Assembly: GCA_042091275.1 (NCBI GenBank)
Contig: JBELHR010000005.1
Location: 6,694 to 70,693, forward strand
DNA length: 64,000 bases
Direction of reading: 5' to 3'
Origin: Flavobacteriaceae bacterium
GTDB taxonomy: Bacteria; Bacteroidota; Bacteroidia; Flavobacteriales; Flavobacteriaceae
The translations under genes were made by a program, and so were the position numbers. Position 1 is the first letter of the stretch. Every line of letters starts with the position of its first letter. A model generated the notes under the pieces. The model saw only the letters and a list, made by a program, of their open reading frames with translations. It searched no databases and had not been told where the DNA came from. Of this stretch, positions 45,322 to 54,427 are shown one piece after another.

Positions 45322-45864
45322 ATGAGAATAGTTTCTGGAAAATTTAAAGGAAGGAGAATTAAAGCACCGAAAAACCTACCTGTTCGCCCGACGACAGATA
45401 TGGCAAAAGAATCTTTGTTCAATATTATCAATAACGAATATTACTTTGATAAATTAACGGTACTCGATTTGTTTTCAGGGACCGGGAATATTGCTATTGA
45501 GTTTGCATCTAGAGGAGCTCCTCAGATTACAGCAGTGGACAAGCACAGCGCCTGCATCAAACAAATAAACGATTTAAATAGAGAATTTGATACGGACATC
45601 ACTACCTATAGAATGGACGTCTTCAAATATCTAGACCAGGCCGCTACCAAGTATAAACTAATCTTTGCCGATCCTCCCTACGACTTTAGTCAAGAATTAT
45701 TTGAATCCATTGTTCAAAAGGTGTTTGATAATAATCTGCTACTCGAGGAAGGTCTATTGGTTGTAGAACACTCAAAGCATACGGAGCTAAATCACCTAAA
45801 GCACTTTCAATACGACAAACGCTACGGAGGGAATGTATTTAGTTTCTTTTCTTATGAGGAATAA
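45322..45864 (+). CDS. rsmD: 16S rRNA (guanine966-N2)-methyltransferase RsmD
   Basis: RPTTDMAKESLFNI, DLFSGTGNIAIEFASRGA, FADPPYD. Confidence 0.85.
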   Translation: MRIVSGKFKGRRIKAPKNLPVRPTTDMAKESLFNIINNEYYFDKLTVLDLFSGTGNIAIEFASRGAPQITAVDKHSACIKQINDLNREFDTDITTYRMDVFKYLDQAATKYKLIFADPPYDFSQELFESIVQKVFDNNLLLEEGLLVVEHSKHTELNHLKHFQYDKRYGGNVFSFFSYEE

Positions 45865-45901
45865 AAAAAAGCCAGAATCAAATGATTCTGGCTTTTTTTT
45901 T
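45863..45901. terminator. Bidirectional intrinsic terminator
   Basis: GCCAGAATC-AAAT-GATTCTGGC hairpin (45871-45892) flanked by A8 and T9 runs. Confidence 0.85.
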
Positions 45902-45914
45902 AGGTTTTAGTCCA

Positions 45915-47300
45915 CTAGTTCTTTGACCAGTTATTCTTAAAGTTACACGCTTTCCTAGAATCGTTTAACTTGATATAAGTATCGTAAATCTTTTCCGAAG
46001 CCCAGTTGTCAATTTCCTCTTGTCTCTTTTTCTGTAACGCGAGGTTTTGAATCTTGACATAGTCTTGTTTCATGTCTGCTTGATGAGATGGCATCAATTC
46101 TACCATCATCATAATCTTATACATTTTCTCTCCATTACGCGTCTCATCGTAAAAAACATCGGTCATATCTCCTTGATTGAGGCTCGATATTCTCGCGTAA
46201 AGTGTCGGATCCATACGAGTCAAATCAAATCGACTGTCTTTGGTTTGGGTATTCATTAAAATACCTTTGGAAAGTTTTGTGTTGTCATCTTGACTGAACT
46301 CTGCAACTGCTTCTTCAAAAGTCATACGACCTAATAGAATATCCGTACGAATTCCTTCTAACTGTCTCTTGGTTTGGTTGAGCTCTTCAGAGCTTACATC
46401 CGGTTGAATCAATATGTGGCTCGCGATGACTTTTTGACCGCGTATCTCCTCTACCTGAAGAATGTGATATCCAAAATCCGATTCAAAAGGCTCTGAAATC
46501 TCATTTACATCCAAACTAAAAGCAGCTTCTTTAAATTCCTTCACAAAATTTGTTTCGCGCTCAATCTCGTACTTCCCACCATTCTCCGTCACAGCTGGGT
46601 CATCCGAATTCATAATCGCTCTCATTCTAAAACTTGCCCCGTCCAATACCTCTTGTCTCAAGGTATTCAAACGGTCCTTAACCTCTTGAACAGCCTCTGC
46701 CGATGGTTCAATATTCAAAACTAATTGAGCTAAAACTACTTCCGAACTGAATTCAGGAAGCGCATCATTTTCGACCAAACTATTGAAGTAGATACGAACC
46801 TCTTCCGGAGTTACTTGAATATTTTCAACAATCTTAGCTTGCTCGCGTTCTACGAGTAAACTCTCTTTCTTAATCTTTTTTAACTCATCTCTCAAATCCG
46901 ATTCATCGTTGAAACCGTAAAATTCAATAAGACGCTCCATACTACCCAATTGACTCGTTAGGTAGGCAATATCATTTTCAACATTACCGAAAACTTCTGC
47001 ATCCGTAACAATTATGGAATCCTGAACGGCGTGATGCGCCATAAGCTTTTGAAGCATAATATCTTCTAGCATATCACAATCACTGATCGTAACATTCCCT
47101 TCTGATCTTGTCTCTAGCTCCTTTTTAAACTTTGTGATATCCGAATCCAAAACAATATTCTCGCCGATAACCACGGCAACACCGTCTACTTTGATCTGTT
47201 CTTGAGCTTGTAGATTTCCAAAACACAACACATTGGCTACCAATACGAGGATCAGGGATTTAATATATTTCAAATTCTCTATTTTTAATTGCATCTTCAA
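45915..47300 (-). CDS. SurA-like peptidyl-prolyl isomerase (parvulin domain)
   Basis: Signal peptide, SurA-N-like region, parvulin block SDFGYHILQVEE. The exact start is uncertain because it overlaps the upstream gene. Confidence 0.8.
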   Translation of the reverse strand: MKMQLKIENLKYIKSLILVLVANVLCFGNLQAQEQIKVDGVAVVIGENIVLDSDITKFKKELETRSEGNVTISDCDMLEDIMLQKLMAHHAVQDSIIVTDAEVFGNVENDIAYLTSQLGSMERLIEFYGFNDESDLRDELKKIKKESLLVEREQAKIVENIQVTPEEVRIYFNSLVENDALPEFSSEVVLAQLVLNIEPSAEAVQEVKDRLNTLRQEVLDGASFRMRAIMNSDDPAVTENGGKYEIERETNFVKEFKEAAFSLDVNEISEPFESDFGYHILQVEEIRGQKVIASHILIQPDVSSEELNQTKRQLEGIRTDILLGRMTFEEAVAEFSQDDNTKLSKGILMNTQTKDSRFDLTRMDPTLYARISSLNQGDMTDVFYDETRNGEKMYKIMMMVELMPSHQADMKQDYVKIQNLALQKKRQEEIDNWASEKIYDTYIKLNDSRKACNFKNNWSKN

Positions 47301-48114
47301 TCAGGGTTTGTTCCAAATTTCTAAATAGATCCAACTTTCGCTGCTGGATAATTATTCTCTTTATTGTGGGACCAATATATATCAAAGGAGCTGTTTCACC
47401 TCTGAATTTAACATCTTTAACACGCGCCAAATATAATCCTAAACTGTCTTCTTTTTGAATAAATTGAGACTTTTTTAAAAAATCTTGTTTCCTTATATTT
47501 TTAAATATGGGTGAAGTGTTTACAAAGTCTATATAACGGACCCAAATACTATCGTTTAGCTCCAAAACTTTAAAGGACAAAGGCAACAATTCATCCTCTT
47601 GGACTCTTTGCTCCTGGCTGAGTCTAAAATAAGAAATAAGCTCCTTTGGGTTTTGGGCAGATCTTCCAATTTCAGCGTATTTTAACTGAATTAAATCCTC
47701 ATTAACTCTAAAATTATCTCGGTTATCCTCATAATAAGCACTTATTTCCTGTGCATCGACAACCGTATCCAAATACTGACTAACCAGCGCCTCTTTATAG
47801 GCATTGATGTAGAGCCTATCGCGATATTCCGATACCAGGTCTTCGAATTCTAGAGATTTATCGGACAAATTTAATGCGGCTTTCTCGAAAAGCAGCTGTT
47901 GTTTGGCCCACGAATTTATATAGGATGTACTAAAAATCAGGCTATCAGACCCCGTGAGATCCTTGGGCATATACTTATCCAAATCCGATTTATACAACCT
48001 TTTATTCATCACACGAGCGATTACCAAGTCTTCTGAATTAGATTTTACAGAAACAAAATCACAAGACGCAAAAAGTAATGCAAAAACTAAAAACAGACCA
48101 TTTAAACGCTTCAT
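47260..48114 (-). CDS. Hypothetical lipoprotein (possible SurA/PpiD-like chaperone region)
   Basis: Lipobox LLFASC. No catalytic PPIase motif seen. Confidence 0.55.
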   Translation of the reverse strand: MKRLNGLFLVFALLFASCDFVSVKSNSEDLVIARVMNKRLYKSDLDKYMPKDLTGSDSLIFSTSYINSWAKQQLLFEKAALNLSDKSLEFEDLVSEYRDRLYINAYKEALVSQYLDTVVDAQEISAYYEDNRDNFRVNEDLIQLKYAEIGRSAQNPKELISYFRLSQEQRVQEDELLPLSFKVLELNDSIWVRYIDFVNTSPIFKNIRKQDFLKKSQFIQKEDSLGLYLARVKDVKFRGETAPLIYIGPTIKRIIIQQRKLDLFRNLEQTLIEDAIKNREFEIY

Positions 48115-48115
48115 T

Positions 48116-48397
48116 CTACAAACTAATTATTCCTTCGATAGATTCCATCTCTTGGTAAATAGAGATAACTTGGTCTGCAGAATCCACTTGCATTTCTATA
48201 GAAACACTATCGTATTTTCCTGTTCTGGATGCTTTGGTACTCAACTTCACATCGAGATCCTTAAAAACATTTTTGACCTCATCTAATTGTCCTCCTCCAG
48301 AGGGTACAATAAATTTATAGAGATAAGAACTAGGGAAGGTACTGGTCTCCTCTAAAGTCGTCTTTAATTTGCTGTAAAAATTTTCTTTGTCTTCCAT
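48116..48397 (-). CDS. DUF493 (YbeD-like) family protein
   Basis: 93 aa. FPSSYLYKFIVPS block resembles the YbeD FPCxYxFKVIG motif. 1-nt gap to the next gene. Confidence 0.6.
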   Translation of the reverse strand: MEDKENFYSKLKTTLEETSTFPSSYLYKFIVPSGGGQLDEVKNVFKDLDVKLSTKASRTGKYDSVSIEMQVDSADQVISIYQEMESIEGIISL

Positions 48398-48466
48398 AAT
48401 AGATGTGTTTATTACAAAATTACATTAAATATTACTTTATTTAGACGAATCGAGTATTTTTGCTTT

Positions 48467-48997
48467 ATGCAAAAGAAAATTGTGATTACTGGTGGACCGG
48501 GAACAGGTAAAACAACTTTGATAAAAGCATTACTCGATATGGACTACGAGTGCTTTATGGAAATATCTCGACAAGTTACCAGACAAGCTCAGGAAGATGG
48601 TATAGAACAACTATTTTTAGAAAAGCCACTTTTATTTAGTGAACTTCTTTTGAGCGGAAGAATAAAACAATTTCACGACGCCAATTTAAAAAAAGAGTCT
48701 CTCGTATTTTTTGATCGCGGTATTCCTGACGTGCATGCCTATATGAATTATTTAGGAAGCGATTATCCAGAGCTATTTATTGAGCAAAGCAAAACCTATA
48801 GATATGACAAGGTTTTTATAATGCCACCTTGGGAGGAAATATACATTTCTGATCAAGAGCGCTACGAAAGTTTTGAACAAGCATTAGCGATATACAATCA
48901 CTTAAAAAATGCTTATTTAGAATTGGGATACGATTTGATAGAAATTCCCACCGGTACTATTGAGCAAAGAGTCTCGTTCTTATTAGAACACATTTAA
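48467..48997 (+). CDS. P-loop ATPase/kinase-like protein (AAA_28-type)
   Basis: ITGGPGTGKTTL Walker A and FFDRGIPD. Confidence 0.7.
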   Translation: MQKKIVITGGPGTGKTTLIKALLDMDYECFMEISRQVTRQAQEDGIEQLFLEKPLLFSELLLSGRIKQFHDANLKKESLVFFDRGIPDVHAYMNYLGSDYPELFIEQSKTYRYDKVFIMPPWEEIYISDQERYESFEQALAIYNHLKNAYLELGYDLIEIPTGTIEQRVSFLLEHI

Positions 48998-49002
48998 ACC
49001 GA

Positions 49003-50898
49003 ATGATTGCGAAAGAAGTTTTAAAAAAATATTGGGGTTTCGACGAATTTCGACCGCTACAGGAAGAGATAGTAGCTGCTGCTGTAAAAAAACAAAATTT
49101 AATCGCTCTTCTTCCTACAGGAGGAGGAAAATCCATTTGTTTTCAAATCCCTGCACTTTTAAGCGAAGGAATAACCCTTGTCATCAGTCCTTTAATCTCT
49201 TTGATGGAAGATCAGGTTCTCCAACTTAAAGAAAAAAATATCAGCGCATTAAATTTGTCCTCTTCTCAATCCGAAGCAGATTTGTTAAGACTTTTGGACA
49301 ATGCAGAGTATGGAGCATATAAGTTTATATATAGCTCTCCAGAAAAACTGGAGAACGAGATGGTAAAAAACAGGTTATTGCGTTTAAACATTAGTTATAT
49401 AGTTTTTGACGAAGCCCACTGTATCTCTCAATGGGGACACGATTTTAGACCTGCTTATAAAAAAATCACAGCACTAACTGCCTCTTTTCCTTATAGCTCT
49501 ACCCTGTGCTTGACCGCAACAGCTACGCCTGAGGTTATCGCCGATATAAGAGAGATTCTTCCCGAGGAGGATTACGAGCTATTCAAAGGTAAATTCGATA
49601 GAGAGAATTTAATCTACAAGGTCGACAACACGCAAAACAAACTACTTCAGCTTCAAAAACATATTAAATCATACCGTCTTGACAACCAATCTACCATTGT
49701 CTACACGAATTCTCGAAAGAAAACACAAGAAATATCTCAGAGACTTAATTCATTAGGATATAAAACAGGAATATATCACGGTGGACTCGACAAAGCGGAA
49801 AAGACCCAGACACTAGATCTTTGGTTAAAAAATGAACTTTCTATTGTTGTTGCAACCAATGCATTTGGAATGGGAATAGACAAAGGAAATGTAAATCTGG
49901 TCATTCATTACGATTTACCTTATTCCATAGAAAATTATATACAAGAAGCAGGAAGAGCAGGAAGAATGGGACAACTCAGTCATGCCATTTTAATGACTAA
50001 TGATAATGAACTTGACTTTTATGAAAAAAGACAGATTCAAAACTCCATTACTCTTGAAAAAATAAAGCAGGTTTATTTTAACCTAAATCAATACTTTAAA
50101 ATCTCCTATGGTACTCTGGAGGAAAATAGCTTCGGTTTAAATTTTAATCTCTTTTGTAAACAATACGAACTCCCTGTTTTTGAAACCTACTCGATTTTTA
50201 AATTACTTCACAACGAAGGCTTACTGCTTCTTAAAGAAGTTTTTAAGGACGAAGTAAGTATTCAATTAAATCGATCGCCCGAAGAATTCTATCGCGTTAT
50301 CGACAGAAATAAGGATTTAGAACCGATAGTATCAAAACTGCTCAGGAGCTACCCAGGTTTATTTGACGAGGAAATTCAATTGGACTTGAGCTATATTGGA
50401 AAATCTTTAAAATATTCCAAAAATTATACCTTGTCTCTTTTGGAGCGACTAAAAAAAATGGATTTAATAGTCTTAAATCACATCAATACGGATTTGACCC
50501 TAAAATTTCTCCAACCTCGTGAAGACGACAGGACAATCAACAGATATGCAAAGAATCTTGAATTTATCTTAGATCAAAAAAAGATTAAATCCTTAAAAGT
50601 TCTTCAATATGTCCGTGAAACAAGAGCTTGCAGAAAAGCGTATTTGATTAAATACTTTTCTGAGGAACTCATAACAGATTGCGGTAAATGTGACTTTTGT
50701 AAAAAGAAAGTTAATTTTGATTCAGCGGACTGCCAAAAGGAAATTTTAGAAATCTTATCTAGCGATAGTTTGGATCTAGACCAACTTTTGTTGCAAAGTA
50801 CCTATTCAAAAGAGGAACTTATAACTGCCCTAAAATTTCTTTTACACAGAGGAGAAATCATTCAAACCAAATTTTTAAAATTCAAAATAGATCAATAA
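49003..50898 (+). CDS. recQ: RecQ family ATP-dependent DNA helicase
   Basis: LPTGGGKS, DEAHCISQWGHDFRPAY, ATNAFGMGIDK, and a Zn motif C...CGKCDFC. Confidence 0.9.
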   Translation: MIAKEVLKKYWGFDEFRPLQEEIVAAAVKKQNLIALLPTGGGKSICFQIPALLSEGITLVISPLISLMEDQVLQLKEKNISALNLSSSQSEADLLRLLDNAEYGAYKFIYSSPEKLENEMVKNRLLRLNISYIVFDEAHCISQWGHDFRPAYKKITALTASFPYSSTLCLTATATPEVIADIREILPEEDYELFKGKFDRENLIYKVDNTQNKLLQLQKHIKSYRLDNQSTIVYTNSRKKTQEISQRLNSLGYKTGIYHGGLDKAEKTQTLDLWLKNELSIVVATNAFGMGIDKGNVNLVIHYDLPYSIENYIQEAGRAGRMGQLSHAILMTNDNELDFYEKRQIQNSITLEKIKQVYFNLNQYFKISYGTLEENSFGLNFNLFCKQYELPVFETYSIFKLLHNEGLLLLKEVFKDEVSIQLNRSPEEFYRVIDRNKDLEPIVSKLLRSYPGLFDEEIQLDLSYIGKSLKYSKNYTLSLLERLKKMDLIVLNHINTDLTLKFLQPREDDRTINRYAKNLEFILDQKKIKSLKVLQYVRETRACRKAYLIKYFSEELITDCGKCDFCKKKVNFDSADCQKEILEILSSDSLDLDQLLLQSTYSKEELITALKFLLHRGEIIQTKFLKFKIDQ

Positions 50899-50899
50899 T

Positions 50900-51835
50900 A
50901 TGAAAATAGTATTTATGGGAACTCCGGATTTTGCCACAGGAGTACTTCGAGCGATATTACAAAGCTCCCACCGCGTTGTAGGAGTTATTACAGCGCCAGA
51001 CAAGCCGTCTGGAAGAGGTCGCAAATTAAATTCCTCTTCTGTGAAGACCTTTGCTATTAGTCAAGGATTGCCTGTTTTACAACCAAAAAACTTAAAGGAC
51101 CCCGAGTTTCTGGGGGAATTAAAAGCTTTGGGAGCAGATATACAGGTTGTGGTTGCCTTTAGGATGCTTCCAAAACAAGTGTGGCAGATGCCAAAAAAGG
51201 GAACATTCAATCTTCACGCTTCCCTATTACCAGACTACCGAGGGGCCGCTCCAATAAATTGGGCTATTATTAATGGAGAAACAAAAAGTGGGGTGACTAC
51301 ATTTTTTATCGATGATAAAATTGATACTGGTGCCGTAATTGACCAAACCATAATGGACATAGCTCCTGACGAAAATTTGGGAGAGTTACACGATAGGATG
51401 ATGACCACTGGGGCGGCGCTCGTAAATAAAACACTTGACGCTATCGAAAATCAGTCCTATACCCTAAAAGAGCAGGACACAGATAACCCGAAAATGGCCC
51501 CTAAACTAAATCCTGAGAATTGTAAAATTGATTGGAATCAAAATGGAACAAAGATCTTTAATCTTATTCGAGGATTAAACCCCTATCCGGCAGCATGGAC
51601 TAGTATACAATCTGGAGATAGCGAAATCAAGGCTAAGATATATCGCGTTTCTTTCCAAGCACTGAGTCACCAAAAAGCGGTTGGAACTCTAGAGCAAACC
51701 AAAAAAGAATTATTTGTGTATTGCCTAGATGGTAAAATCAAAATTGAAACCATCAAAATAGCAGGAAAGAAAATAATGGATGCACAAAGCCTGTTAAACG
51801 GATTTAATTTCGAAGCCAATTCTTTTTGCTCTTAA
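50900..51835 (+). CDS. fmt: Methionyl-tRNA formyltransferase
   Basis: MKIVFMGTPDFA and NLHASLLPDYRGAAPINWAI. Confidence 0.9.
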   Translation: MKIVFMGTPDFATGVLRAILQSSHRVVGVITAPDKPSGRGRKLNSSSVKTFAISQGLPVLQPKNLKDPEFLGELKALGADIQVVVAFRMLPKQVWQMPKKGTFNLHASLLPDYRGAAPINWAIINGETKSGVTTFFIDDKIDTGAVIDQTIMDIAPDENLGELHDRMMTTGAALVNKTLDAIENQSYTLKEQDTDNPKMAPKLNPENCKIDWNQNGTKIFNLIRGLNPYPAAWTSIQSGDSEIKAKIYRVSFQALSHQKAVGTLEQTKKELFVYCLDGKIKIETIKIAGKKIMDAQSLLNGFNFEANSFCS

Positions 51836-51874
51836 AGACGCATTGTGACTGGCTTTGTGTAAAAATCGCTGATG

Positions 51875-51908
51875 TTATTAACAATTTTTAGTTCTTATTA
51901 ACAATTTT
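51875..51908 (+). repeat. Two 14-nt direct repeats (TTATTAACAATTTT) with 20-bp period upstream of the HU gene
   Basis: Exact copies at 51875-51888 and 51895-51908. GGGTTT then occurs twice with 11-bp period (51911, 51922). Confidence 0.7.
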
Positions 51909-51929
51909 ATGGGTTTTTATAGGGTTTAC

Positions 51930-51959
51930 TTGCACAGTAAGGCATTCCTACTATATTTG
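51930..51959 (+). promoter_or_regulatory. Bacteroidota-type promoter of the HU gene
   Basis: TTG (51930-51932), N19, TATATTTG (51952-51959). Exact match to -33 TTG / -7 TAnnTTTG. Confidence 0.55.
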
Positions 51960-52013
51960 TTATGCTATAAAAAGCAAAAACTGTTTAACCAAATAATTAA
52001 AAATTAAATTATT

Positions 52014-52286
52014 ATGAACAAATCAGACTTAATCGATGCAATGGCTGCTGATGCCGGAATTTCAAAATCAGCTGCTAAAGCTGCATTAGAATCTTTAACT
52101 GGAAACGTAACAAAAGCTCTTAAAGGAGGCGGAAAAGTTGCTTTAGTAGGTTGGGGAACTTGGTCAGTTTCTAAAAGAGCTGCACGTGAAGGAAGAAATC
52201 CTCAGACAGGAAAAACAATCCAAATCGCTGCTAAAAATGTAGTTAAATTCAAAGCAGGTGCTGGTTTGAGTGATTCTGTAAACTAG
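52014..52286 (+). CDS. hup: HU family DNA-binding protein
   Basis: 90 aa. [11 protein letters not shown]..., [17 protein letters not shown] arm. Confidence 0.9.
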   Translation: MNKSDLIDAMAADAGISKSAAKAALESLTGNVTKALKGGGKVALVGWGTWSVSKRAAREGRNPQTGKTIQIAAKNVVKFKAGAGLSDSVN

Positions 52287-52306
52287 AATAAAAACATTAT
52301 ATTTTT

Positions 52307-52336
52307 AAAACCTTCCTCTCCGGAAGGTTTTTTTTG
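52307..52336 (+). terminator. Intrinsic terminator after the HU gene
   Basis: AACCTTCC-TCTCC-GGAAGGTT hairpin followed by a T8 run. Confidence 0.85.
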
Positions 52337-52379
52337 TTTCAATTATTCCGTATCTTTAGTAGAACTAAAACTCATTAAT

Positions 52380-52937
52380 ATGAAGTTGACAAAAGAGTTG
52401 AGAGGAAAATTACTAATATCAGCACCTGCAATTTTAGATGATGCTTCTTTTAATCGCAGCCTTATTTTAGTGGCAGAACATTCTACAGATAGTTCCCTAG
52501 GTTTTATAATGAACCGCCCATCTAAATTTACTTTAAACGACTTGTTACCCGATGTAAATTGTAATTTTACGGTGTTTAAAGGTGGTCCAGTAGAAACGGA
52601 CAATATTTATTTTATTCACAACATTCCGCATTTGATTCCAAATAGTATAAAAGTAACCGATGGCATTTATTGGGGAGGTAGTTTTGCCCAACTAAAAACC
52701 TTGTTGAACCAAAATAAAATCAATGAGAATGAAATTCGATTTTTTCTTGGCTATGCGGGCTGGTCCCCGGATCAACTAGAAGATGAACTGGATGAAAAAT
52801 CTTGGTTTGTCAGGGAAAACACCTACTTCAATATATTAGATATTAAAATAGACCAACTTTGGAAGAGTAATCTTTTATCTTTTGGATCTAAATATCAGAT
52901 ATGGGTAAACGCTCCAAGCAATCCGAGCTTAAATTAA
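52380..52937 (+). CDS. YqgE/AlgH family protein (UPF0301)
   Basis: GKLLISAPAILDDASFNRSLILVAEH, GGPV, GYAGWSPDQLEDEL blocks. Confidence 0.85.
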   Translation: MKLTKELRGKLLISAPAILDDASFNRSLILVAEHSTDSSLGFIMNRPSKFTLNDLLPDVNCNFTVFKGGPVETDNIYFIHNIPHLIPNSIKVTDGIYWGGSFAQLKTLLNQNKINENEIRFFLGYAGWSPDQLEDELDEKSWFVRENTYFNILDIKIDQLWKSNLLSFGSKYQIWVNAPSNPSLN

Positions 52938-53741
52938 ATTCTCGATCTGACTTCTCAATTCGAGGGCAATATCGGTTTTAAATACTTTCTTTTTGTAGTT
53001 AGTCACGGGCTGAAGTAGCATATTGACGTTAGTGACAAAGACCTCATCCGCTCTTTGAAGATCAAATGGGTTAAAATCCTTTTCTACAAAGGTCAAATCT
53101 TTATTTTTCTCCAACAACACTTTTAACTGTTTGCGGACTATTCCATTTAAAGCACCTGACCCAAGTGGCGGCGTACTAATTTCTGAGCCTTTGACACAGT
53201 ATATATTTCCAAGGTTAGTGGAAACCACACCCTTGTTTCCATTCAACAGTAAAGAAGCATCCCAGTCGTTTTCTTTAGCAAAAACAGAGGCTAAAACGTA
53301 TTCTAGTTTTTGAGTGGATTTGATAGAACCCAAAAAACTTGGATTTAAAAAGAAATCTTTAAATACCCCAATTTCAAATCGCTCCTTTAACCTATACGTT
53401 CTATTTTGAGCGGTCACCAGAAAATCGATATCGGAGGATTCTGGTGTATATAGTCCTCCCTCCTTTCTGTAGGCGACAAAACGCAAAAAATTACTTCCCG
53501 GATTCGCCTCGAAGGTCTTGATGAGTTCTTCTTCAAAATATTCCAAGGTAAAAAACATCGGGATCTCCATTCTCAGCATTCTTAGAGAAGCCATAAGTCT
53601 AAAATAATGATCCTCTGCGAAACAAGGTTTTCCTTCGGATATTCTAATGCTCTCAAAAACTCCATCACCGTATAAGAAAGATCTGTTGTCAGCACTGAGA
53701 AAGTTTGGGTTGGAACTCAACGTTCCATTGAAATTTATCAT
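52929..53741 (-). CDS. Class IV aminotransferase family protein (PabC / branched-chain type)
   Basis: FLYGDGVFESIR block and fold-type IV length. ATG at 53741 chosen. Confidence 0.7.
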   Translation of the reverse strand: MINFNGTLSSNPNFLSADNRSFLYGDGVFESIRISEGKPCFAEDHYFRLMASLRMLRMEIPMFFTLEYFEEELIKTFEANPGSNFLRFVAYRKEGGLYTPESSDIDFLVTAQNRTYRLKERFEIGVFKDFFLNPSFLGSIKSTQKLEYVLASVFAKENDWDASLLLNGNKGVVSTNLGNIYCVKGSEISTPPLGSGALNGIVRKQLKVLLEKNKDLTFVEKDFNPFDLQRADEVFVTNVNMLLQPVTNYKKKVFKTDIALELRSQIENLI

Positions 53742-53808
53742 GTCGATATACAATTGGGATACAAAAGTATCAAAAAAAAAACCTTGATTTCTCAAGGTTT
53801 AAAATATT

Positions 53809-54183
53809 TTATGCTCCGATGACGTGTTTTAATTCGCCAATGGAATTTTCCCAATACATTCGGACTTCGTCTTCGTCTCCATCATCGTAAAAATCGGTGA
53901 TAATCAAAGAGACATCATTGGTCAATTCATCTACTTGAATCTTAAATTCAAAGTACGTTGCAGCATCTTCATCAGAGGTCCATTTTAGTTTGAGACGCTC
54001 GTCGTTGCTCTTTGCCAATACTTTAGCTTCCTCTTCCGATCCGTCCCAAATAAATTGGTATACCTTCCCTCGAGAATTTACATTATCCGCAAACCACTCT
54101 GATAAATTAGAGGGGGCAGAAAAATATTGGAATAGCAGGGAGGGAGATGCGTGGATGGGAAATTCTATTTCAATTTTGTTCAT
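53809..54183 (-). CDS. START-like (SRPBCC) domain protein
   Basis: 124 aa. SNLSEWFADNVN and FIWDGSEEEAKV blocks as I recall for the flavobacterial START-like family. Confidence 0.6.
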   Translation of the reverse strand: MNKIEIEFPIHASPSLLFQYFSAPSNLSEWFADNVNSRGKVYQFIWDGSEEEAKVLAKSNDERLKLKWTSDEDAATYFEFKIQVDELTNDVSLIITDFYDDGDEDEVRMYWENSIGELKHVIGA

Positions 54184-54238
54184 CTAAATTTTCTTTTTTA
54201 ACAAGAGCAATATAGAATATTTTTTTTAATTCAAATTC

Positions 54239-54268
54239 TTGCAACACTATAAAAATGTATTATATTTG
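54239..54268 (+). promoter_or_regulatory. Bacteroidota-type promoter of the CAU tRNA
   Basis: TTG (54239-54241), N19, TATATTTG (54261-54268). The box ends 14 nt before the tRNA 5' end. Confidence 0.55.
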
Positions 54269-54282
54269 CACCCGCATTAAGA

Positions 54283-54356
54283 GGCGAGGTAGCTCAGTTG
54301 GTTAGAGCGTCGGATTCATAACCCGGAGGTCTGCGGTTCAATTCCGCATCTCGCTA
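54283..54356 (+). tRNA. tRNA with CAU anticodon (elongator Met or lysidine-type Ile2; not initiator)
   Basis: Hand-folded cloverleaf: acceptor GGCGAGG/TCTCGCT (G:U at 1:72 and 7:66), D-arm GCTC/GAGC, anticodon loop TTCATAA, T-arm TGCGG-TTCAATT-CCGCA, discriminator A. Confidence 0.85.
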
Positions 54357-54395
54357 CAAAAAAAGGTTCAGATTTTATCTGAACCTTTTTATTTT
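54357..54395. terminator. Bidirectional intrinsic terminator (tRNA and rmuC)
   Basis: AGGTTCAGA-TTTTA-TCTGAACCT hairpin (54364-54386) flanked by A7 and T5 runs. Confidence 0.8.
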
Positions 54396-54427
54396 ACCTA
54401 TAATTGGCTTTAACGAAGGCTAAATTT

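Noticed and set aside
54283-54356. The CAU tRNA as initiator tRNA-fMet.
   Set aside because: Position 1:72 is paired (G:U) rather than the C:A mismatch. The anticodon stem lacks the three consecutive G:C pairs (GGG/CCC) typical of bacterial initiators.
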